64,000 bases of DNA from Octopus vulgaris (taxonomy: Eukaryota). Shown piece after piece: positions 52,885 through 64,000 of this stretch. The notes beneath the pieces were generated by a model. That model saw only the letters and a program-made list of their open reading frames with translations, was not told the DNA's origin and did not search any database. The stretch's first letter is position 1. Each line of letters starts with the position of its first letter. A program made the translations under genes and the position numbers. Where the stretch lies: the NCBI GenBank assembly GCA_951406725.2, contig OX597842.1:1488001-1552000 (forward strand), written 5' to 3'.

Positions 52885-53137
52885 TATATATATGTATATA
52901 AATGACGGTACCCCAGCATGGCCACAGCTCATGAGCTGAAACTAGATGAAATAAAATAAAATTTAAAAAATATTAAAAGTCAGGGTACAATATGCACCTG
53001 TTTGCTAGAAAGAAGAGTTAAATCTCTCCAAACCCATGCGTCTCTCACTATATGTCAAAACCCACGGAAAAATGTAGCAAATATACAAAAAAAACAGTGG
53101 TCCCCATTTGTAAAACTACAAAAAGGAGAGCAGATGT

Positions 53138-53197
53138 CCCAGTATCAAATGATTTCGTTTTCTCTGCCAAAAGACACTTAAAAGCTCATCAGCTAGG
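53138..53197 (-). ncRNA. Type I hammerhead ribozyme motif with intact core
   Basis: CCTAG-CTGATGA-Gctttt...gaaaaC-GAAA-TCA tt TGA-TA^-CTGGG; AUA triplet, stem II imperfect. Confidence 0.65.
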
Positions 53198-53237
53198 CTT
53201 ACTACATAAACTATTTTAAAAAATATATTTACCATAA

Positions 53238-53643
53238 GGCGTAGGAGTGGCTGTGTGGTAAGTAGCTTGGTTACGAACCAAATGATTCCGGGTTCAGTCC
53301 CACTGCATGGCACCTTGGGCAAGTGTCTTCTACTATAGCCTCAGGCAGACCAAAGCCCTGTGAGTGGATTTGGTAGATGGAAACTGAAAGAAGCCCGTCG
53401 TATATATATGTATGTATATGTATGTATATATGTGTGTGTGTGTGTGTGTGCGTGTGTATGTATATGTTTGTGTGTCTGTGTTTGTCCCCCCAACATCGCT
53501 TGACAACCGATGCTGGTGGATTTACATCCCTGTAACTTATCGGTTCAGCAAAAGTGCTCAATAGAATAAGTCCTGGGGTTGATTTGCTCGACTAGAGGTG
53601 GTGCTCAAGCATGGCCACAGTCAAATGACTGAAACAAGCAAAA
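53238..53643 (+). mobile_element. SINE family A
   Basis: Sequence match. Confidence 0.88.
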
Positions 53644-53786
53644 TGTAAGTATTCCATGTGCATCTGTTCAGCTGAAGGCCCCATGACTTCCAAACTCACA
53701 TTAGTGAGCAAGTGTAAATTCAAATAAGCTATCATTATCGTTAAAAAAATAATGATAACGTGGTCAGCAAACATAATCAAATATAT

Positions 53787-53835
<49 letters not shown>

Positions 53836-54090
53836 GATATACAAATATATGTGTTTCTGTGTACATGTATCAACATATACGTGTATGTGCATGAGTATGT
53901 GGCTAAAAATGTGTGTATGTATGTGTCTCTAAATATATGTGTTGCAGCATCCATATGTATGTGTAAATGGTTATGAATGAGTATGTGTGTATATGTATGT
54001 GGGAATGTAAATGTGTGTAAAGGAATAAGTGTAGAAGTATATGTGTGTGGTTGTAGGTGGTTATGTGTGCATAAAAATATAAATAAGCGC

Positions 54091-54125
<35 letters not shown>

Positions 54126-54241
54126 CAAATTGAAAATTAAAATTAACAAAACGACAAAGGTCAGTTTATATATATATATGTATATGTACATATAATATAT
54201 ATGTATGTATATATATATATATATGTATATGGATGTGTGTG

Positions 54242-54281
<40 letters not shown>

Positions 54282-54364
54282 TTTTATATATTGAGATATA
54301 TATGTGAATGTGTATATATACGTGTGTATCTATATATGTGTGTATCTAAATATATGTGTGTGTA

Positions 54365-54418
<54 letters not shown>

Positions 54419-55006
54419 AATGTGTATCTATATATATATAATAAAGAGATATATGTATAATATATATAGTGGCTGTAATCAGGTGGGTGTATATGTATAT
54501 GCTTGCATGTATAGTAATTCGAACATTGTCAACAATCGTGATAATATCTCAGGAGAAATTGCGAAATATTAAGCAACAATTGAAGACCTTTTGTTAGAAC
54601 GGTAAATTCCTGAATGGCATTACATGTCTTGTACTAAGCCTCATCATGTGGTACATGGCAGAGAGGAGGAGCAACTGTACACACATACATGTATGCACAT
54701 ATGTATATTAATACAAGTATACATATATGTGCATGTGTGTGTGATTTAATAGATATGTGATGTGTAAACATATATATATATATATATATGCGTACATTAT
54801 ATAGATGTATATACATGCTTATGCATACACACACATATATTCATATATACACACATTTGTGCATATTTATATATGTATGTGTATATATTATGTATATACA
54901 TACACGAATGCATAATGAGTGTATATATATATACATATATATATAAGAATGTATATGTTAAATATGCTTAAGAATGTATACATTATACATTTATGAGTAT
55001 ATATAA

Positions 55007-55042
<36 letters not shown>

Positions 55043-55893
55043 ATACAGGCACATACATACATACACACATGTGTATATATATGTGTGTGTTTGTATATAT
55101 ATATATTTATATACACACACATACATGCATCATATATATGTGTATAAATATTATACATATCTATGTGTGTATATATATATGTATGTATATATATAAACAT
55201 GAATGTATAATATATATGCATATATATTCATACGTGTATATAATGTATATATGAATGTATATATGTGTGTGGGAAAATATAAATGGATACATATCCATAT
55301 AAGTTTATATCCATATATATGCACATACACATATATAGATATATATACACATATGTATATACACACATATACAATCTACATTCACCCCCTCTCCCTCACA
55401 CACCTTACACACACACACACACCTCACACATACAAATTTAAATCCTATTCTGTTGTCTTTTAGACAGAAATCAAAGAATGAACCGCTTTCGCTGGCATTG
55501 GCAAGCTCCAAAGAGCCCGAGGCAAGCATGATGCCAACCGAATGTCTGCTGTGTCAATCCCTGGAAGCAAAATTATTCTTCGCCCCATGTTGCCCACAAA
55601 GAGACAACTATAGCACCATCATCAGTTGTATTATACGATATCAAATTTAAGGGGTTTTCATTTATATACACACGTGTGTATGTGTGTGTGTGTGTGTATG
55701 TGTGTGTATCTGTGTGTCTGTGTGCATATATGTGTACATGTATATATATAAGTATATATAAATGTTTGTATATGTAAGTGTATGTATGTATATATATTTA
55801 TGTAAGTATATATATATATATATGTATGTAAGTATATATCTGTATGCATAAATAAATATGCATGTGTGTGTATGTATATATATATATATGTAC

Positions 55894-55924
<31 letters not shown>

Positions 55925-56083
55925 CACGTGTGTGCGTGTCTATATGTATGTAAGTATATATCTGCATGTACATGTAAATGTGTTTGTGTCAATATATATA
56001 TATACATGTACAAATATATATATATACATGTGTGTGTGTATACACATATATGTGTGTGTATATACACATATATGTGTGTGTTT

Positions 56084-56123
<40 letters not shown>

Positions 56124-56500
56124 GGATATATGTGTGTGTATATGTATATATTGATATATGTAAATGTATGTGTGTGTATATATATGTATATATGCAAATA
56201 TGTGAGTAAATATATATATGTAAATGTACATGCATGTGTATATATTTATATATATATATATATGTAAAGGAATGTGGATATATATATGTGTGTATATGTA
56301 TATATGTGTGTGTAAATGTGTTTTGTCTGTTTGTGTGTATGTCTATATATGTATGCATTTATACACACAGACACCCACACACACCTTTCTTCTAAGGATT
56401 GTGAATATGAATTCAAGAGAATTTTTCATAATTCTGCAAAATAACTTAAATACATACATGCATACATCCACACACACATACATATATATACATACATACA

Positions 56501-56531
<31 letters not shown>

Positions 56532-56903
56532 GTGCATAATTAATGTATTTTAATAATTGCTGACTGCAACTGATATGGACACTTTTTACATATTTATGAG
56601 GTCTTTGGGAGCAAATATTGGTTACCTAGGTAACAGAAGCTATCAACAGCTTCCTAAGAATTTTTCAATCTTTTGAAAGAATTTATTCTGCAGTTGCTCT
56701 TAATGCAAAATACATTGAGATATCTATCGATTAAGGATGATCACCACTTTTTCAGCCCCGAGAAAAAGAGCTAAATTAGCCATGGTAGATTAAATATATA
56801 TTTATCCTACCTGGATGCTGTGTGGACTGAGATCCTTATTGAGAGGCCCCTGATATTTAGAAATAAAATGTTAAACAGTTATGTTATGAAAATTTACAAT
56901 CTT

Positions 56904-57075
56904 AGGAGTGGCTGTGTGGTAAGTAGCTTGCTTACCAACCACATGGTTCAGGGTTCAGTCCCACTGCATGGCACCTTGGGCAAGTGTCTTCTACTATAGC
57001 CTTGGGCCAACCAAAGCCTTGTGAGTGGATCTGGTAGACGGAAACTGAAAGAAGCCCATCGTATATATGTGTGTG

Positions 57076-57117
<42 letters not shown>

Positions 57118-57190
57118 CGTATGTTTTTGTGTCTATGTTTGTCTCCCCAACATTGCTTGACAACCAATGCAGGTGTGTTTACGTTGCCGT
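56904..57190 (+). mobile_element. SINE family A (3'-truncated)
   Basis: Sequence match. Confidence 0.85.
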
Positions 57191-57273
57191 GAATATTTAA
57201 TTATGAGTGCTGTGTATTAAGTCTATAAAATTGTGCATAAAGTATATAAAAAGTATATATAAAGTGCATTATA

Positions 57274-57688
57274 GGCGTAGGAGTGGCTGTGTGGTAAGAA
57301 GCTTGCTTACCAACCACATGGTTCCGGGTTCAGTCCCACTGCATGGCACCTTGGACAAGTGTCTTCTACTATAGCCTCGGACCAACCAAAGCCTTGTGAG
57401 TGGATTTGGTAGATGGAAACTGAAAGAAGCCCGTCGTATATATGTATATATATCTATATGTATGTGTATGTGTGTGTATGTGTGTCTGTGTTTGTCCCCC
57501 AACATCGCTTGACAAGCAATGCTGGTGTGTTTACGGCCCTGTAACTTAGCGGTTCGGCAAAAGAGACCAATAGAATAAGTACTAGGCTTACAAAGAATAA
57601 GTCATGGGATCGATTTGCTTGACTAAAGGTGCTGCTCCAGAATGGCCACGGACAAAATGACTGAAACAAGTAAAAGAGTAACAGAGTA
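57274..57688 (+). mobile_element. SINE family A
   Basis: Full length. Confidence 0.9.
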
Positions 57689-57861
57689 AGCCCAGTTCTC
57701 TAGGATTGGTCAAGCAATGGAGATACCTCTGATGAATAGCCAATAATAAGGTTTGAAAACTGGTGAAGTCTGACCTTCGTTTGTTTGGGGTTTTTTTGCC
57801 AGCTTATAATGCAACAGCTAAATTAGCTTTGTTTATAAAGGTATTATATAGGTTACATGTA

Positions 57862-58088
57862 TTACTCTTTACTCTCTCTTTTACTTGTTTCAGTCATTTG
57901 GCTGCGGCCATGCTGGAGCACCCCCTTTAGTCGAACAAATCGAGCCCAGGACTTATTCTTTGTAAGCCTAGTACTTATTCTATCGGCCTCTTTTGCCAAA
58001 CTGCTAAGTTACGGAGACGTAAACACACCGGCATCGGTTGTCAAGTGATGTTGGGGGGACAAACACAGACACAAAAACATAAACACAC

Positions 58089-58123
<35 letters not shown>

Positions 58124-58518
58124 TATATACATGGGTAACTGGTTTCCATGCTAGTGGCACATAAAAGTAACATGTGATTGTTACTTGCGTCGCCTTACTG
58201 GCACATGAAAAATCATTTGAGCAAGGTTGTTGCCAGTGCCACTGGACTGGGTCCTGTGCAGGTGGCACATTATAAGCACCATTTGAGCATGGCCATTGCC
58301 AGTACTGCCTTACTGGACCTTGTGCTAGTGGCACGTAAAAGCACCCACTACACTCTCAGAGCGGTTGGCGTTCAGAAGGGCATTCAGCTGTAGAAACTCT
58401 GCCAGATCAAGACTGGAGCCTGGTGCAGCCATCTGGTTCACCAGTCCTCAGTCAAATCGTCCAACCCATGCTAGCATGGAAAGCGGATTTTAAACGATGA
58501 TGATGTTGATGATGATGA

Positions 58519-58557
<39 letters not shown>

Positions 58558-58720
58558 ATGGGCTTCTTTTCAGTTTCCATCTACCAAATCTACTCACAAG
58601 GTTTTGGTTGGTCTGAGGCTATAGCAAAAGACACTTGCCCAAGGTGCCACGCAGTGGGACTGAACCCGGAACCATGTGGTTGGTAAACAAGCTACTTACC
58701 ACACAGCCACTCCTACACCT
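57862..58720 (-). mobile_element. SINE family A split by a family E insertion (~58130-58520) in its internal microsatellite
   Basis: 3' half at 57862-58075, 5' half at 58556-58720. Confidence 0.85.
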
Positions 58721-59125
58721 ATATATTATATCAAATCTCTATACTGTATGAATGGAGATCTCTTTAGAAGAAAGTGATATGCAAATTAGTAGCCCCAGGT
58801 TTCTGTGGCTACCGTAATTGGCAAATATATAAACAGAGTGGTTGCTTGTTTCTCTAGGATGGTCAAATTGATGTAAACCCTTTTGATGAGACCCCAATAA
58901 GGTTTGAAAATTGATTAAGCTCATCATTTTCTTTTCCAAGCCTATGGAGCAGCAAATAAATCAGCCCTACTTATAAAGGTGTTTTATAGGGTAAAAAGTA
59001 TTATATATATATGTATATAGATGTGTGTGTATATGTATATATATATATATGCATGTATATAGATATGTGTGTATATATATATATATACGTGTGTATCTAT
59101 ATATATATATATATGTGTGTATCTA

Positions 59126-59174
<49 letters not shown>

Positions 59175-59503
59175 AGAGATATATATATAATATATATAGT
59201 GGCTGTAATCAGGTGGGTGTATATGTATATGCTTGCATGTATAGTAATTCGAACATTGTCAACAATCGTGATAATATCTCAGGAGAAATTGCTTGATACT
59301 GTGCGGGTGGAGATTTCTGTTGACAGGACACTGGTATTGAAAAGAAAGGGTTAACAGTTATGGCATACAAATTCGTAGCCCCAGTTTTCTGTAGCTTTTG
59401 GATTTGCTGAATATAAACAGATTAATTGATCGAATGATGTAGACAAGTCTAAATGAAACCACATTAATATTTGAAAATTGATTGAATTCATTTTTTTTTA
59501 TAT

Positions 59504-59710
59504 AGGTACAGGAGTGGCTGTGTGGTAAGTAGCTTGGTTACCAACCACATGGTTCTCGGTTCAGTCCCACTGCGTGGCACCTTGGGCAAGTGTCTTCTAC
59601 TATAGCCTAGGGCTAACCAAAGCCTTGTGAGTGGATTTGGTAAACGGAAACTGAAAGAAGCCCATCGTATATATGTATATATATATATATGTGTGTGTGT
59701 ATATGTTGAA

Positions 59711-59777
<67 letters not shown>

Positions 59778-59787
59778 TGAATATATG

Positions 59788-59820
<33 letters not shown>

Positions 59821-60021
59821 ATGTCTGTGTTTCTCCACCCAACATAACTTGACAACCAAAGCTGGTGTGTTTACATCCCCGTAATTTAGTGGTTTGGCAA
59901 AACAGACCGACAGCATAAGTACTAGGCTAATAAAGAATAAGTCCTGGGGGTCGATTCATTCAACTAAAGGCAGTGCTCTAACATGATCACAGTCAAATGA
60001 CTGAAACAAGTAAAAGGATAA
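59504..60021 (+). mobile_element. SINE family A with expanded internal microsatellite
   Basis: Sequence match. Confidence 0.88.
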
Positions 60022-60022
60022 A

Positions 60023-60054
<32 letters not shown>

Positions 60055-60487
60055 AGAAAATGGAGGAATAGATTTCTATCAATCATCAACTACGAGATAA
60101 TACTGATTCATATAATTTATTAACTAATTATTTAGGAACATCCAGATCAAACAGAATAATACAGAATAAAACAGTACACATCAATGAGTAAGATAATACC
60201 ATAAGAACAATACATATAAATATAAAATGGATCTTACAGCTGTTTCAGCCTGTAGATAAGAGTATCTCATTATGATGATTGATAGAAATCTATTCCTCCA
60301 TTTTCTTGTTTTGCATTATGAATTTGAGGTAAAACATTTTACCTTCGCCCATATAATACAATAAATGAAAGAATTGCACTGCAATTCTTAGCATTTATGT
60401 ATTAGCCCTTCTGGGTACTTTACTGGCAGTATATTGGATAAATGTTATCCCATAGTGGGTTACACTCACAACCCCTATCTCACTTTG

Positions 60488-60525
<38 letters not shown>

Positions 60526-60889
60526 CACACACAAACAGACATGTACGAATATGTGTATGTTTATATTATATACATAGGCACAGGCATGGCCTTGTAGAAA
60601 CAAGTTTGCTTAGTCTTGTGAGTGGATTTGCTAGATGGAAACTGAAAGAAGCCCAATGTGTGGTATGAAGCTTAATTCTCAACCACATGCCAAGGTGCAT
60701 TGCTGAGCAAGACCGTGCCAAACAAGACAGTAGAGCTTAGCGCAGCCCCATGATTTGCCAGTTTCTGTCAAACCATCCAACCCATGCCAGCATGGAAAGC
60801 AGATGTTAAATGATTATATGTACCCAACATACTCTCTTAAGTGGTTGGCATTAGGAAGGGCATCCAGTTGTAGAAACCATGCCAGAGAG

Positions 60890-61500
<611 letters not shown>

Positions 61501-61551
61501 AGATAGATATACAAACAGAAATACACACCACTATATGTATGTGTATATATG

Positions 61552-61599
<48 letters not shown>

Positions 61600-61798
61600 G
61601 AAGAGAGAGAGAGAAGTGGGGCCAGGGACAAACAGACAGACAAATAGATCGTTCTCATAAATAAGGGAAATCACTTTGTATTGATTTTCCACGTGACTTT
61701 TACATTAAGATTGCTTTTTAATAGATTTAAGCGATCTGCCCCCTCGCCTCCCCAAGAGTATCCCAGCAGACACCGTTTTGATAAATGTCAGGGGTTAC

Positions 61799-61856
61799 CT
61801 AGGAGCAGGGCTTCGTCGAACTCCCATACACACACCTTAAGGAACAGTTTGGGGCT
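61799..61856 (-). other. Candidate 58-nt internal exon
   Basis: T-rich tract + TCAG acceptor; CTAG|GTAACC donor; one open frame SPKLFLKVCVWEFDEALLL; protein not recognised. Confidence 0.3.
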
Positions 61857-61944
61857 CTGAGTAATAACAACAACAACGGTGATAAATAATAATCATTGTT
61901 ATTGTCAGCAGCGGCAGCTTCAGATACAGCAGCAAAGTAGCTCC

Positions 61945-63075
61945 CGTCATCATCATCATCATCAGCATCGTTAATATCACTATTGTGGTTCTTGTCATGT
62001 TCATGATCATTGCTAAATAGCATCATTGCTGTCATCACCATCATCATCATTGTCATTGCTGTCATCATCATTACCAACATTTTCATTGTCATCATCATAC
62101 TCATCTTCATTAGCCTCATCCTCATCATCATCATCATCACCAGCATTTTCATTGTCATCATCATCGTTGTCCTCATCACCAACATTTTCATCGTCATCAT
62201 CATCATCACCATCATCTTCATTGTCATCATCATTATAATCATCATCATTCTCACTTTCATCATCATCTTCATTGTCATCATCATCATCATTCTCATTTTC
62301 ATCATCTTTATTGTCATCATCATCATCATCACCAACATTTTTTTGTCATCATCATCATTTTCATTGTCGTCATCATCATCATCATCAACATTTTCATTGT
62401 CATCATTCTCATCTTCATTAGACTCATCATCATCATCTTCATCATCATCATCATTTTCATTGTCATCATCTTCATTGTCATCATCATCATCATCGTCATC
62501 AACATTTTCATTGTCATCATCATACTCATCTTCATTGTCATCATCATCATCATTCCCATCACCAACATTTTCATTGTCATCATCACTATCATCTTCATTA
62601 TCCTCATTATGACAATCATTACCAAACTTTTTGTCATCATCATCATCACCATTGCTAATATCACCATCAACCTCATCACTATCATCATAATTGATGTCAT
62701 CACCATCATCACTGTCATCATTGTCACCATCATCATCTTCATCATCACTATTGCTATCATCATTATTATCATTGCTAACATTGCCACAACTATATCTATC
62801 ATTCCCACCAGCATCTTCACGATAACTGTCACCCCCATCATCATCTTAGTCATCATTACCATCATCATCAGCAATGTCGCTATTATGATCATCATCATCA
62901 CTTCTAGTATCAACATCCTCATTACCATCTTCCATTTTGCTTTCATCATCATCTTTATCATCATCTCCGTTGTCATCACTAACATCACCATCATTATCAT
63001 TCTACCTGGTTTTTCATTAAAATTGTCACCTTAATCATCACCATCATCATAACTTCCATCAGTACCATCATCTTC
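61945..63075. repeat. Degenerate (CAT)n tract
   Basis: Direct reading. Confidence 0.92.
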
Positions 63076-63118
63076 ATGGACATTCTAATAATTTTTACAT
63101 TCCCAGTTCCTTAATAAT

Positions 63119-63484
63119 AACAAGAGCACTCAGAGAGCCCAAATCTCCGCCAAGGCAACACCAACGTCCTCTCAACGATGAGCCAGAGATGGTTTTTAAA
63201 ATGAGAATATCTGAAATAAACTTGATTGCTCTCACAAACGAGGATACTACAAATGAACCTGATCGCTCTCAAAAATTAAATAAAAAAGAGAAAAAATAAT
63301 CTAGAATCCTTGTCCAATACCAGATCAATCCCAAAATCTAATCAGTCTGTGCCAGTAACAAGGCCAAACATCCCTGAAAATTTCATCTGAATCCATCCAA
63401 CGGTTCTTGAGATATCTTGTCCACAGACAAACAAACAAATGTAACTGAAAACAATACCTCTGCCTTCACTAAGGAAGAGGTAAT
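63119..63484 (-). mobile_element. Helentron-associated (HINE/DINE-like) non-autonomous element
   Basis: Terminal palindrome ATACCTCTGCCTT...AAGGAAGAGGTAAT, (AAAC)n/(AGAC) tract, other end AACAAGAGCACTCAGAGAGC...CTCCGCCAAGG. Confidence 0.6.
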
Positions 63485-63953
63485 TATAATAATAATAATA
63501 ATAATGGTTTCAAATTTTTCCATAAGGGCAGCCACTTTGGAGGAGGGAATGGGTCGATTGTATCCACCCCAGTGTTTCACTAGTACTTAATTTAAACAAT
63601 CCCCAAAAGGATGAAAGGCAAAGATGACTGGACAGCTTGACATGGAACTGGCCAGCCAGGGAGCTTCCCAGACTCTATTTAATTGAACAATGCAATCATT
63701 ACATCAATTTAAAAGCAGAGCAACCCTCAGCTGCATAAATACATAGGATTAAATTAAATTAAAACAGATGGACACATTAGTATAATTTTACCTAAAACCT
63801 CAAAGAAGGTAAGGAGATAGTCAAAGAACATGCTGTCTTCACTTCAGCTTAGAAGCTACAAAGGTATCAGGAAGAAAGACTTGTTACAGATTTGGCTTGC
63901 CTGTCCATTCATCCCCTATATAGCTCTCCATCCATCTATCTGTGCATCTACCA

Positions 63954-64000
<47 letters not shown>

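Overview
Repeat-saturated, AT-rich eukaryotic DNA that is intronic or intergenic. The SINE and microsatellite repertoire resembles an octopus (coleoid cephalopod) genome; this is inferred from recognition, not from a search. No intact protein-coding gene is visible, and nearly all listed ORFs are translations of microsatellites or SINEs. The window holds about 25 copies of one tRNA-derived SINE, several other SINE families, decayed RTE and HERO-like LINE fragments, two mariner remnants, Helitron/Helentron-type and TIR MITEs, and a 10 x 133-bp tandem array. The most interesting signal is a set of (TA)n-flanked fold-back modules carrying minimal type I hammerhead ribozyme motifs, as in Penelope-like elements and retrozymes. 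One apparently intact hammerhead (49076-49120) sits in the loop of a 160-bp, ~96%-identical inverted repeat. A second with an intact core lies at 53138-53197, and about ten decayed or partial copies are scattered through the window. Family labels A-E are my own, and coordinates were read by eye, so they may be off by a few bases.
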